A DNA stretch of 64,000 nt from Chrysemys picta bellii (GCF_011386835.1 NC_088792.1:97402001-97466000); one strand, 5' to 3'. Counted from the first letter of the stretch, positions 48,369-61,810 are shown. Translations and numbers: made by a program. Notes: generated by a model from the letters alone, not told the origin.

Positions 48369-49714
48369 AACTAGGGTTGCACAGGCAAGCTTAATTCTGG
48401 TATTTTCTAACATTTGAATGCTTGACTTTGCAACCTTTATGATGTTCTTTTAACATAGATGTTTGTGTTTAATTTCCTTGGCTTTTAGAAAAGCAAACTG
48501 GAAAAAAAAAACAGGAATTCCATCCTGTGGCATCATCTTGACACCCACATGGGTCATTAGCAGGGTTGAAAACTTTAGATTCACTGCACAGACCTCTGCC
48601 ACTTGAGCTAAAGAAAATACCTGATAGCTGTAGGTTGTGATCTAGCTGACAGGCAGTAGAGCGGTTGAGTACGCAAAAGTTGGGAAATGCCAGAAATAAT
48701 TTGTCCCCTTTGTGGATATGCCTTATAATAGAGTCATTTATACTTTTATTGTAATACTGTACCATGTGGCATAATACTTGAACACTGATATAAGCTTTCT
48801 GTGCTTCAGTTTTTCCATATATAAAATGGGATTACAAGTACTAGTACCCGCTTCCCAGGCTGTTATAAGGTTATTATTTATTTAAATTGTGGCAAAGCCC
48901 AAAGACCTGCATCAGGCACCATTGTTCTAGGTGCTGTGCAAACGTCTAGGACAACATGTCCCCTGCCCCAAGGATCTTACATTCATATTTAAAAGAAGAT
49001 GCACTGAGTGAGTTTAACCAACTGCGAGAAGAAAATGGGAAGGAAGGTAAGGGTAATGGTGATAAGATCACACGCTAACATGGGCTAGCTATAGGCACAG
49101 TGTGATGGTTTAGAGTAATTTAAAAATATTATTATTGCCTATTTAAACAAATAAATAAAATTTGCTATCCCCCAGCTGCTTCTCTGCCTAGCCACCATTA
49201 GTTGGATGAAGTTTTGTAGGCACCAGAGCAAAGATGGGTCTTGAGGAGGGATTTGGGGGAGAGTTTTGTGGCCTTCCAAATATATTCACAGAGGGCATTC
49301 TATGAATAGGAAGCAGCATGGAATTAAATGCAGAGGCGTTTGTATGAGATATAAACAAATGGGCATTTGGAGTGGCACCTTTGTGGGCATGGAGGGGCAG
49401 AGATGAGGCCGTAAGAGGCAAGAGCAGATAAGTCATTTAAAAATATATTTATTATAATGTTTGGGATCCTTGATTATATACATTCAAAGTATTTGGATTC
49501 TGACAATCCGGCTGCGATAGTTCATCATGTACTATGTCACCAGCTAAATGGGTCAGTTTTAGATGGGAAGGTTCTGGGGAAAATACTCCAGTGTTGCTGG
49601 AAGACTTAGGGACTAGTGATTCAACAAGTTACATTTTTCTTCCCTAGTCAGTACAGGAACAATACCCCAGGTGTTAGGGGGCACATGTTTTGGTAGAGGT
49701 ACTGTCTTCTGGAT

Positions 49715-50118
49715 CAGTGGTTCTCCACCAGGGGTATGCGTACCACATGCAGTGGTCTTCCAGGTGGTACATCAGCTCATCTAGATATTGTTTAGTTTTA
49801 CAACAGGCTACATAAGAAGCACTAGCAAAGTCAGTACAAACTAAAATTTAATGCAGACAATGACTTGTCTATACCGTTCTATATACTATACACTGAAATT
49901 TAAGTACAATATTTATATTCCAATTGATTTAAAATCATATAGTAAAAATGAGAATCATATGGTAAAAATGTAAGCAATTTTTCAGCAATAGTGTGCTGTA
50001 TCGCTTTTGTATTTTTGTCTGATTTTGTAGTTTTTTAGTGAAGTGAAACTTGGGGGTATGAAAGACAAATCAGATTCCTGAAAGGGTTACAGAAGTCTGG
50101 AAAAGTTGAAAGCCACTG
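49715..50118. mobile_element. hAT-type non-autonomous DNA transposon
   Basis: Ends cagtggttctc...gaaagccactg with a perfect 8-bp TSD ttctggat (49707-49714, 50119-50126). Confidence 0.85.
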
Positions 50119-50379
50119 TTCTGGATGACCAAGTTACTGACCATTAAAGGATCCAATACCTATGGCATGTTCCACAAAGATGTTGCTATTATCTCCAATG
50201 TATTGGACTAATTCCAAATAGTTGTTCAATTCTGCCTATCTTAATCACTGTCGCTTCAGTTGGATATGGTATCTTCAGCTTAATCATTGTGCAGAGCTGC
50301 TGTGTGCCGGTAAAAAGTTGCCATGTTCCTCCTCAGAGCTAGCTGCACTCAACTAGTGGAGGAAGTGATTACTATACAT

Positions 50380-50548
50380 TCAGGGTTCCCAAACTTGGTT
50401 CGCAGCTCGTTCAGGGTAAGTCCCAGCGAACCGCAGCTACTGGGCCCTGCGAGCAGCCGTACCTGCGAACACTCAAGTAAACAAAGCGTCTCACAGCCCA
50501 CCAGGGGCTTACCCTGAACAAGCTGCGAACCAAGAATGGGAACCGCTG
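50380..50548. mobile_element. hAT-type MITE (internally deleted, hairpin-like)
   Basis: Long inverted ends (ggttcccaaacttggttcgcagctcgttcagggtaag / cttaccctgaacaagctgcgaaccaagaatgggaacc) and TSD ctatacat (50372-50379, 50549-50556). Confidence 0.8.
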
Positions 50549-50954
50549 CTATACATATAGTTTGTACAGTCAGTTAGTGAAGTCTGGTAAAGCTCTTAGA
50601 TTAAAAATACTGTACAAATGTAAGATTGGCATTCACAACTGGGCATCCTAGGAAGGATCAGTTTGAGACTGCCTTAATAATGTGGATGATTCTGGATTCT
50701 TAGTCTGATTTAGTGCCCAAATTTCTAGCATCTGTCTGTTTAGTTTCACCTTTCAAGCTGTATAGACCAAACTCATGTGAAATTCAAAATGTGCCTGTTT
50801 GCTGCAGGTACCAAGGAGCAGTTGATTAACATAGTACAGAAGTTCAGTACAGTAAGTATTCAGTGTGCTTAAAGTCACTGATTATGTATTGATTACACAG
50901 GGCAATATGTCAAATCACCATCCCCATAACCTCCAAATGGAACCTAGCTATCTC

Positions 50955-51230
50955 GTGGGACTGGTGGGTTAGTAGATACAGCACTAGTCTTTTACCTTTG
51001 TTCGGCTTCTAAATAAAATCAGTTTATAGCCCTCACTTCTTGTCAGATGGTAATTTGTATCTTGAGACCTAAGACAGCTCCTCATAATTTGCACCAATTG
51101 ACCATCTCTGGTCAGGAAAGATTCAGGCCTGAGCTAACATGGAAACTGAATTATCTCTGGCCCCTGGAGAGATAGTCCCTCCAGGTCAGGGTTGAGATCA
51201 TTGCTGGAGCTTTTTTGGAAGCTTGCCAGT
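50955..51230 (+). mobile_element. LF-SINE fragment
   Basis: Contains gtccctccaggtcagggttgag and catggaaactgaattatctct, matching the recalled LF-SINE body. Confidence 0.55.
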
Positions 51231-51399
51231 ATTAGAATGTGCTCTGTGCTTGTCATTGAAGGGATCCATCCTGTAAAGTGCAGAGCACCTCTCAGAGATG
51301 CTAAGCACCGTCAACTCCCATTAAGAGTAGCAGGAGTTGAGTTGCTCTTGGATGTAGTCAGTAATGTGCAGGATTGAGCACTACCTGAATAATATAGAC

Positions 51400-51703
51400 C
51401 AGGGGTCGGCAACCTCTGGCACGCAGCTCGCCAGGGTAAGCACCCCGGCGGGCCAGGCCAGTTTGTTTACGTGTTGCGTCCGCAGGTTCGGCCCATCGCG
51501 GCCTATGGGGGTGGCGGGAAGCGGCACGGGCCGAGGGATGTGCTGGCCGCGGCTTCCCGCCACCCCCATTGGCCTGGAGCGACGAACCGTGGCCAGTGGG
51601 AGCCACGATCGGCTGAACCTGCGGACGCGGCCGGTTAACAAACTGGCCTGGCTCACCAAGGTGCTTACCCTGGTGAGCCACATGCCAGAGGTTGCCGACC
51701 CCG
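51400..51703. mobile_element. hAT-type MITE, near-palindromic
   Basis: TIR caggggtcggcaacctctggca / tgccagaggttgccgaccccg with a perfect 8-bp TSD atatagac (51392-51399, 51704-51711). CpG-rich. Confidence 0.9.
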
Positions 51704-54117
51704 ATATAGACTGTTCCTATTTATTTTTAGCTTTCTCATCCCTAAAAGGCTTCAGATTTAATAATGAAAACTCCCCTAAAAATCACACAAAATGGACAAT
51801 AGTACATGCCAATGGAATTTAAAAAACTTGTCTATGGAGTGCTGAATTGTTCAGTCAAGATTTTAATATTTTTCTCTAAATCAGTGAAAATGAAAGATTT
51901 AAATACTAGTGAGTAAATACATTTTTAATGCAAGGCAATATGTCCACCAGGAATCACAGAATGTCTCCTGTACTTAAGCACAATATCTTCTTCATTTTTT
52001 TTAGGAACCCTTTTTATTTTTTAAGGCCTAGTGAGAGCTTAACATTTCTCTGAGTGCTCGTTGAAATTAGAGATAACCGAACGTTGAGATAAGTGGATAG
52101 CATTTTTTTAATTCAGTGAAGGCCTTCATGTGTATATCCCTGTCAGAATTGATGAATGAGCTCCCTGGAGATGCTGAAAGTTCCATTCAGTGTATTTATG
52201 GAATACCTTCCATATACTCCAACCACATTTTTTTATCAGCCTGTCAGGATCACAGGAAAGAACAAGAGGCTATAGATTCCTCTTCATGTTCACTCATACA
52301 CAGTTGTTTTAGTTTGTATTCAGTGAATATGGCAACTTAAAATTGTTAGGATTTCTGTCTGGCAGCGGCACTGAAAGCTGCAGTGGAGACATCTCATACG
52401 TTTTCTATTAACAGTTACTTTTGCTCTTAGACTGAAATCCTCTGCTCTGCTCACAGAACAGGCAGCTGCTCCATGTACTGGAGAGTTCTTCTAGGGCTGG
52501 GAGGGAAGAAATCCTTCCCTCTCCCCAGGCCGCAGAGCAGCAGCAGTCGCTCTGCAGCTTCTTTTCCAGCCTCACATCTGAAGGTAGCCTCTGTGCTGCT
52601 TGCACCTTCCCTATGTGGGTGACGAATGGTCAGTGGATCCATGCAGCAGCAGACTGACAAGCTGCCACCAAACTCCTAAATTCCCACTGTGCAGCAACAT
52701 GCTGTCCCTGTGCAGCGGGACTGTACTATGTAGAAAGGATGCTCACCTCCTACATAGACTAATCTTTCCAAGCCCCAGCACAACTGAAAAACACTTGTTC
52801 TGATACATGAAAGTCATCTGCAGCTGTTCAGGAAGGGGTATACCTTGGGCCTTGCTAAAGCTAAACCAGTTTTCATCTATTCCCTTCCCTTTTTTCTCTT
52901 CCTTGACAGAGCTATCAAAGTGCCTGGCTGTTGCTCTTGCTGGAAAGAATAACCTTTAGGAACCCGATCCTGCATCCTTTGCATATCCAAAGCAATCACA
53001 GACTTCAGAGAGTGTTATGGATGTCCAAATTCGCCATATTTATAAATGTGTCATTTGGATATGCAACCATTTTCCTGTAAAAAAAAAAATGAGACGATTT
53101 CTGAATCAAAATGGTTCAATTCCAAATTGAAAGTGGAATTTTAAATTTTAAAATTGTGCATATTTTAAACTAAAATGTTGCCATTTCATTGAATTTCATG
53201 GAAAGTTAAATTTGAGGATTGTGAAATCAGTCTGGTTTCACACAGTTCTAATAACCCTAGCTATTATGAAAGCCCCTACAATTTTCAGATCGTTTTACTT
53301 TTCTGATGTGGTGCAGTAGCCAGATATGAACGAGTACTGGAGACTCTCTGTGCATACATACATGTAGTGAATGACAATCCCTGTCTCCAAGAGCTTAAAA
53401 TTTACAGTCTAAAATGTACTATAGTGATGGGGGGGGTGTCTTATAAGTACCTATATGAATCAATACTTACTTGGATAGCATGCCATTGACTTACATGTCT
53501 CAGGGTTGATAGAGATTTTGGGGTCATCTAGTCCATTCCCACACAAGTACAAAAGTTATTCCATTATATCTTCCTCTTCATTTTCTCCTGCATGTACCCA
53601 AGTAATGGAGTATTGACAATTTTTACTGAGTAAATTATTCATTGCTTGGCTGACATCATAGCTAAGACGTGTACAATCCAAATTTTGTAATGACTAGTTT
53701 CAGGCAATAACTCTTCTTCTTACCTAGTATAACTGCCCTAATCTAAGCCAGTTGTTATGAGACAAGAGGTACCAACTTGAATCTCTGGTTATCTGGAGGC
53801 CAAGTCAAGAGACCAGATTCTGTCTTTGGTTACCATCATACAACCTCATGGACTCCAAAGGGATTGCACAGATGATAAAACAAGTTAGAATATATGGACA
53901 CAGGGACCCTTCCTGCTTTGTACATCCATCACTTGACTGTGGTTGTCAATGTGATTGGTACTGTTATTCATAATAATACTTAACACATATAAAGCACCTT
54001 ATCACTTCAAAACACTATACAAATGTGAATCACCTTCATGAGGTAGGTAAGAAGTAGTATGTCCATCTTGCAGCTGGAGAAATGATGCACAAAGGCAAAG
54101 TGACCTGCACAGTTAGG

Positions 54118-54640
54118 ACTAATTGGCACCCTTGTTGGCATTCTCAGCAGAGAAGCCAAAGATTGAATGGCAAAGGAGACTAAGATCTAGAACTGTTAGA
54201 GATCTATTGTAAGGTTATTCCTGTGCTGGGCTCAGCCAATCCACAAGCCACAAACTGGTCTGGTGACTCTCAGGGTAGGTATTTAAGCCTCTCAGAAAGA
54301 GCAGCAGGTCAGGCTGCTCAAGATCACTCAAGAGCTTAGAACTCTTCCCTGCCTGATAGTGGCAACAGACTTCTCAAGCCTTAGCCTGCTCCAGCCTTCC
54401 TCTTGCTCCAACCCTGTTCCTAGTTCAGCTCCAGCCTTTCTCTCATTCTGGCCTCATTGCAACCCCACTCTGAACGCCCCATTCTGGCTCTGACCCCCTG
54501 GCTCTGACCACTAGGCATGACCCTCCTCAGCATGGTTTCTGACATCTAGGGTTGTAGTGATATGTACTGCCGATGACTGTATTGTATCTTTTTTACGGAT
54601 AAACAAGGGACTTTAGTCTCCATGGCTGCCAATCTTTTGA
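54118..54640 (+). mobile_element. Split LF-SINE (54118-54185 and ~54590-54640) with an LTR-like insert between
   Basis: ctaattggcacccttgttggcattctcagcagagaagccaaagattgaatgg and ggataaacaagggactttagtctcc match the middle and 3' parts of the recalled LF-SINE consensus. Confidence 0.5.
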
Positions 54641-56479
54641 AGGAAGGGGGGGATGCATTATTAGTTCAGTGAAGTTAGATACAGAGAGTGAAAAGGTGAA
54701 ATACAAGGTTAAAGGAAATAACATGAGAAACAAGTAAACCAGTTTGTCACTTGGTTCAAGGGTTCTCACTCCTGTACTTTAGCACCTTGCCTTAACCTGC
54801 AGTGCTTAGCTTCCTTACTTCCTATGCTGGTGTGTTGGAGTTCACCAACTTTTTTCATCCATTAAACAACAGCCACTATGATGCATTAGCCCTTCTGTCT
54901 TTGGTATTAATACATTTAAATTACATGTGCCCAGTTGCCCATTTCAAACCTGCATATATAAGAATAATTCACACATTGTGCAACACTGTACATCCTTATA
55001 AGACACATATGTGGGACATCTCTTTTGCATAAATACACAGTTACATTTCTGAACATGCATCTTACCAAGACACACATACACACACACAAACACACACAGA
55101 TTCACAAGAATGGAAACAGCCCTGCTTGTTTGGGTACTGGCAATGGGAATCCTCAGGCTAAAGAGACTCCCAGAAACGCAGAAGCAGGAGAACAACAGAT
55201 GCACTAGAGGAAAGATCCCAGACCTCCTTTACAACAAATAACTCATGCGCAAGTACAGCAATAATTGATTAGATTGAGTGTCAGCTTGTCTGAGTTGGAC
55301 ACACACACACAAATTGTATCCCAGATTAACAAGACCGAAGAGCTCATTTTCCACATAGTGCATAACACTGAGTTTCATGCTTTTTTTAGTCATTGGTTAT
55401 GGGGATCAGGATCCAATTAAGTCAATGTAGGTTTGGAAGCTCCCTCTTAGGGAAGTTAATATGTGTGTATTCCTGTCACTGTGTTTCTGTGATTATGACT
55501 CTCTTTGTATTAGAGATGGGGCTGAAACAAACCCCTAAATATAAACTTGGGGGGTGGGTAGTATTTGGATCAGAATTTTGTGGTTCAGGCTCATCTCTTC
55601 TTTATGTGTTTGTGTGATTGTGTGTTAATGATTGTGTTTATTTGTGCTGATACATGCAATTGTGTGTGTATTTAGAAATGTGAAGGAGGGAAGTCAGGAG
55701 ACAACAGGGCCGGTCTTGTATTTTTTGCCAAATCAGAGTTTCCTTTCAATTTAAAGGCTCTGCAAATGCCACTTGGGTGCATTTTAAAACAAATTTTTCT
55801 GCCTGCCAAACTCAGAAGAAGGAAAATCTCTAGCCAGTGGATTAGGAGCTAGAGTCAACCTTGTAATTTATCAGCTGCAACTACAAATCAGGCCAGTGTC
55901 TGAGAGCTGAGGAAAAAGAGGTTAAATAGTGAGACAGTTGCCTTCTGACATTTTAACACTGTGCTTCAAAGCTGTTGTGCTATCAAGATTAACTGAATTT
56001 TCTCTTAATGGTAAACGTACTGGGCCAAATTAATCTGTGGGGTAACTCCAGTTAAAGCCAATGGAGCGTCACAAGGGCAGAATTTGGCCAGTTACGCATA
56101 AGCCCATTTTCCTTTCATTTACAGAGTTCGGACTTGCAAAGCTTTCAGTCAAGGATAAAACACTGTATTTGTTTCTTTCCATTTGAATGGTTGTGGGGGA
56201 AGAAATTAAATTGTTGCAGCTTTTCTTGGTACGTGGCTTCACATATTCAATTGCCTGATGTAACTTTTTATTCTCAGATGTCTAGATGGTTAAAGTCTTA
56301 AAAATGACCTTGGCAAATGATTTCTCTCACTTCCTTTGCTTGTTCCGAATGTGAATAATCCCAATTATTTCAGTGCTGGTGGTTTGTTTTTATTTTGGAT
56401 TTCCTTGACCCTAAGAGGCTTGCAATAGCAGCTTTTATCTTAAAATGTTTAAACTTGATAGAGTCACAATAAGCTTGTA

Positions 56480-56750
56480 TCTGTCTGGCTATCTAGATAC
56501 CTATCTATCTGAGTACTTATATGACCGTTATTTCCATAAGCTCTGAATGCTCCACAATCATTACTGGATTTTATCCTCACAACCCCGCTGTGTGGTACAA
56601 AAGTATTATGCACATTTTACAGTTGGGAAACTGAGGCATGGATTAAGTGATTTGCCCACAGTCTTACTGGAAGGCTGCGGCTGAGCCAGGAATTAAACCT
56701 GCATCTCCTGGGTCCTAGTATAGTGCCCTGGCCGCTAGATCATCCTACTT
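56480..56750 (-). mobile_element. CORE-SINE (MIR-like) fragment
   Basis: cattttacagttgggaaactgaggcatggattaagtgatttgcccacagtc...gagccaggaattaaacc. Confidence 0.7.
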
Positions 56751-57179
56751 TTCATCATCAATAACATCATCACCATGTTATTTGAGCAATTGCAAAACCA
56801 AGGCAAGCAATGGATGGTGGTGGAGCCTTGGTGCATGGGGTTCTGTGACCCTGCAAAAGTTCCGCAGCACTATCTGCAGTGGGGCACGCTCTGTGACAGA
56901 GCTTGGCAGCAGCATCACCGGTTCTTTCAGGCGATTCTGCCAAGCTGGCAAATACACTGCAGTGTGCAGGCCCAGTGTCAGATAATGCCAGTTCTTTGCC
57001 TTGTTAGCTTTTACGAAAACTCTTGAACATTTTAAAGGAGACATTTTTCTAATGACACATCTGTGTGTAAGTTACATTGTACTATTGGATATGCACAGTA
57101 AAGTAGTGATTAAGGGAAATCGTCCATTTCTGTCTCTTTTTTCCCCATTACAAAGTTGTTAAAGGTAGTAGGGCTTGAC

Positions 57180-57395
57180 AGCATAGCATAAAGGAAAGGC
57201 AGTGCATTCCAGGGGATAGGATACTAGGCTGAGTTAGGAGACCCAAGCTCTATTTTCACCCAGCTCCTCCATTATCTTGCTGTGTGACCTTGGGCAAGTC
57301 AATTAATCTCTGTGTCTTATTTTCACAGCTGTAAAATGGGGATAATGACACTTACCCATCTTCATGAAGCACTTTGAAGTCGCTGGTGCTGAATG
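57180..57395 (+). mobile_element. CORE-SINE (MIR-like) fragment
   Basis: gctgtgtgaccttgggcaagtcaattaatctctgtgtc...ctgtaaaatggggataat, the canonical CORE sequence. Confidence 0.75.
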
Positions 57396-58002
57396 AGAGG
57401 CAAGATATTGGGGGGTATTATTGACAACCTGCTCACAACATAGGTCCTAGGCTTTTCTTGCTTCCAGCTCTCACATGTTGCTCTTGAAGAGTGCTGGGCC
57501 ATCACAGAGTGTTTATGGGATAGGAAGACTACACATTGCTTCTCTCCCTTAAGCAGCCACTAGCCTCACATACAGCCTGACAGAGGAAATTCTGTCTGCA
57601 TGAAGGCACCTGACACTGTAGCTACTGTACATGGATAGACAGGACAGAAGTAGATTTAAAGGGGAAACCGTTGCCCCAAATGAAATGGGAGGGTATAAAA
57701 TATCCTAATTGCTCTCCTCCTTGAGTTATAATCTTAAAGTCCTGCCTTGGGGAAGGGAGAGACTTCCCTTTAGCAAAAAACTTGGTCTGTCCAGAAAAAG
57801 AGGAATGGCAAAAAGAAGCTTTCCTAAAAGACTGAAGCTTCCTCATTCTGTAATTTGTGAAATCTTGCTCAGTCTACATCATTTCTCTGTGTGTGTGTGA
57901 TGGAGAGCAAGCTAATTCCCATGAAGTGAAGACTTTTAATAGGAGATCTAATTAAGTAGAAATGAAGATTAATAGAACTGTATGTATTTATTTAGACTTT
58001 GA

Positions 58003-58016
58003 GCGCCCTCTACTGG
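58003..58016 (-). promoter_or_regulatory. CTCF motif candidate
   Basis: Minus strand CCAGTAGAGGGCGC is an exact match to CCASYAGRKGGCRS, in otherwise AT-rich DNA. Confidence 0.6.
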
Positions 58017-59643
58017 TGAACATTCAAACTGGAGTTTAACACAAGCACAAACTGGGGGATATTTTTTTTTAATCAAATTCTGTGTTTGTTCTATATTTTA
58101 GATGAATTAATGCAATTTAATCAGAATTTTTCATAAGAAAATAAATTTTAGATAAAATAGAATAATGATAATTTGATGTTGGAAAACAATAAAGGTGTGT
58201 GTTACACTGTTCGTTGTATGAAAGATAAATGTCTTATCTTACCCATGAAATGACAGAGTTTTCAACCCCTAAAGCAGGGCTATTAAAGATGAGTTCCTAT
58301 CCTCCTTGTAGCTGAAAGTCTTTGCTTTTGTTTGTTATATCATTCATTGGCAGGGGGATGGGCCGGATTATGAACTATTTTTTCCATCACTGGTTTTATT
58401 ATCGTAACTTTCAAAGAGATGGCCTTCTCCTAGGTTTGCCTGTTGGACCTATTGAATCTGTCTCCCCTGTTAATGAGGCATTATTTTGAGCTGTGATTCT
58501 CATGTTTTCCAAGCCTCTGGTTCTAAGAGTCTGAACCGCTTCAAAAGGGCCCCAAACAATCAATCTCAGTCTGTGCCGGTGATTACGTTTGGGAAGTAGG
58601 AATCCTTCGGGAGTGGTGTTAAACTTTGTTTTTTATTCAGAGGGGAAATAACCTATGGCATATCTCTAAGTTTTGATGCTGTGCCCATCACTATAGAATC
58701 TTTGCACCTTCCAAAGAGAAAGTAACCAGAGTAATGTTTTTGCAGACAGGTCTCAGGGAAAAGATGTGATTTTGTTTAAAAAAACGTTTAATGTCTTACG
58801 TTTGGTGCAAAGTGTTTCATTCCAAAGGGAAAATAATTGGCTCTTCTAAAAGGTCTTTATGAACCTTTATAGAAGACATTCTTGTCAGAGAGGCTTCAGC
58901 AGGATGCAGCGATGGGGATGAGACTCATGAAGATAGGAAAAGCAGGAGTACAGTCATTTGCTCTCGAGACCAGCGGAGACTGGGAGCACCGTGAAGGAAG
59001 AAGGGAACGGTTAGGTTTTTACCTGGCTATGACGGAAGCACCTGAGTGGGCAGCAGTTCAACTAAAGTCAACTGTTCTTGGCTAACGGTTGCTGCCATGC
59101 TATGGACCTAATGCAGAGGAGGTTGAAGGATGTTGGGTCCCATGAAAAAAATAGTGTTTCTCAGTGTGAAGGCAGATTCAGCCTGTCATGGTGCTGAGTT
59201 CAAAAGTCTCAGACACTGGCTGCTAGACTCTGGAATCTGGTTCCTGACTCTTTCACCAGCCTAGGAGAGTCTCCCCATGAAAAGAGAGTCAGTGGTTGTG
59301 TAAGCCTGGAGAGGCCTTGTGTAATGACAGGGAGCGGGAAGAAGGCAACCTTTCTGGCATACGGGTCACGCAGTGCTTACAAATTGAGGTTGTAGGCCAG
59401 CCACAACTGTGCTGGAACTACTGTTGTCTTTTGCTTCCCAGAGCTGTGTGCTGACTCTGTGCTTGCTTGTCTATTGCAGCTCTTCTCCTGCTGCCATTCC
59501 TTTGCCCTGTGGAACACTTCTCCATTTCAGTTTTGTGTTGCAGCTATCTGCAGGAACTGGAGAAAATAGATCTAATTGTGTTCTCAGCTATTACACTGGT
59601 GTATGGTTGTGTCCTGAGCTGCTTCTTCTAGAACACTTGCTGC

Positions 59644-59688
<45 letters not shown>

Positions 59689-59703
59689 ATCTATCTATCT
59701 ATC
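59644..59703. repeat. (ATCT)n tetranucleotide microsatellite, 11 perfect units plus an interrupted extension
   Basis: Read directly from the sequence. Confidence 0.95.
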
Positions 59704-60188
59704 GTAGCTGCTTTATAAATACCTGTAGTATCTAAAGGCTGTTAAGAGGACCACATGGAACCTTCCTGCAGTGTCCAGGCTATGCTAGGTCTGCTGCAAT
59801 GCTGCATGCAGTACCTAGGATGTTGTTTAGCTACACAGTGGGTGTTGCCCTCCCACCCAATAAAAGACTGTAAATATAAATTAAAGTTGATTTTGCCCTT
59901 TTCAATGAAATCTCTGAAAACAGAATTAATATTGGCCAAAAAGTAACTAACTTTAAATGGGGTGTCTGAAAAACCTTCATCCTTTTGGAATTGGAATCTA
60001 AAGCTGGAGGCTAATATGTCCATGGAAAAAAGTGTGTGTCAAAGCGGAAATAAATGGAATAACTTAAAAAAATTGGGGTGCCTTTTTTGAACTTCCTTGG
60101 GAAATGATACAAAGAGCAAAATGTTCTCAGCATCAGCAGGAACTCTAATGCCCGAGGGTCATTGTGTTGCATTCTTGATGGTATAAAA

Positions 60189-60499
60189 CAGGGGTCGGCA
60201 ACCTTTCAGAAGTGGTGTGCCGAGTCTTCATTTATTCACTCTAATTTAAGGTTTCGCGTGCCAGTAATACATTGTAACGTTTTTAGAAGGTCTCTTTCTA
60301 TAAGTCTATACTATATAACTAAACTATTGTTGTATGTAAAGTAAATAAGGTTTTTAAAATGTTTAAGAAGCTTCATTTAAAATTAAATTAAAATGCAGAG
60401 CCCCCCGGACCGGTGGCCAGGACCCGGGCAGTGTGAGTGCCACTGAAAATCAGCTCACGTGCTGCCTTTGGCATGCTTGCCATAGGTTGCCTACCCCTG
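60189..60499. mobile_element. hAT-type non-autonomous DNA transposon
   Basis: TIR caggggtcggcaacct / aggttgcctacccctg, with flanks gtataaaa / gtgtaaaa (7/8). Confidence 0.85.
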
Positions 60500-61574
60500 G
60501 TGTAAAACAAACTAGCTGAGGGTCTGCTTTTGCAAGGACCCATGTCCTCAGCTCATGTCATGAGCTTCATTGAAAACTGAGGGTGCTCAGCACCTCCTAA
60601 GACCTTCAGCACCTCACAAGATTTTGTATGCTGTGGAAAATAAACAAGGATGTATGTCCAGTTTTGTAAAAAGCAATGTTGGTGTGAGTGCTCATGAAAG
60701 GTGCCAGATTGACATTGCTGGACCGTGAAGTGCTCTATTTATTCACGAACATGTATTGGCAGCACGAGCTCCCCCATGTCATCCCATCAATGTTTCTCAA
60801 ACATGCTTTGGAGAGAAACAAAGGTGAGAATAGTTCATTGTCCATTAAATCCTGATCTCTCTGATAAGAGTAGTGATAGTGGTGCCACTTGTGATGGTGT
60901 TGTTTTATGTAGATTTCTGTCCAGTGGCAAGAGGACTGCAATCACTACCCTCATTTCACACAAGCCAGTAAACAGATCACAGATGTCAAAAAGTTCCAGT
61001 TGCTGGTGTAATATTTTAACACCAGGTATTGTTTTCTGTTTGACCAGCATGGATATAAGCGATAGGTAGCAGCTGCACCTGAGATTGATATTTAATCAAA
61101 GAAAGACTTTGGCAGAGAGATCAGATTATACTGGTGAAGTTCACATCAGAACTGACAAAACTATACTCCTCCTAGCATTTTACCTTTTCCACAGACAGTA
61201 CCAGAATTACAATCAACACTGGAAAATAATGAAGAAAGTTAATTCCACTTTCTAGACCTCAAGTCTTAGCTTAAGTTTTGGATGAAGATTTGAGAAAGGA
61301 TCTTATTTATCTGAACTGTTTCCTCCATTTCTAGTCACCTCTAGTGACTAATAGGGGTTTCTTGATCGTTGCCAGTGGTCATCTTCTATTCCACAGATGT
61401 GCATCTCTGTGTGTGAGACAAGGTTTGGTCTGGATGACACTCATGAATGGAATATGCATGTGTCTGGAGTGACTCTGCTGGCATTGATGTAGAGTCTCTC
61501 ATTCCCTTATCTGTTGTTGCTATTACTTCATATTTTATAACAGTGCATATAGGCCTCAACTGACATCAAAGCTG

Positions 61575-61810
61575 TGTTTTGCTTGGCACTGTACACACAT
61601 ATAGCAAGAGACAGTCTCTGTCCTCAGGAGCTTACAGTCTACATAGACAAGAAAAACGAGGAGGGGGCTGAGAGAAAGGAAGTATTATTAACTGTATTTT
61701 ACAGATGGAGAACTGAGACCCAGAGAGATTACATAGCCTGCCAAATGTCACACAAGAAGTCTGTGACATGCACCATGAACCCCAGTTCAATGCCTTAACC
61801 ACAGATGCTC
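61575..61810 (-). mobile_element. CORE-SINE (MIR-like) fragment
   Basis: attttacagatggagaactgagacccagagagattacatagcctgccaaatgtcacaca. Confidence 0.6.

Noticed and set aside
43300-48480. Inverted pair of similar ~90-bp sequences (43300-43390 and 48372-48480) as ends of one 5-kb composite transposon
   Set aside because: No shared TSD is visible, the left copy is cut at the DIRS start, and the interior is a patchwork of unrelated repeats. Two independent copies of an old repeat is the simpler explanation.
51358-51822. GC-rich overlapping ORFs on both strands (also 21783-22158 and 42631-43095)
   Set aside because: They lie within palindromic GC-rich MITEs, which are naturally poor in stop codons.
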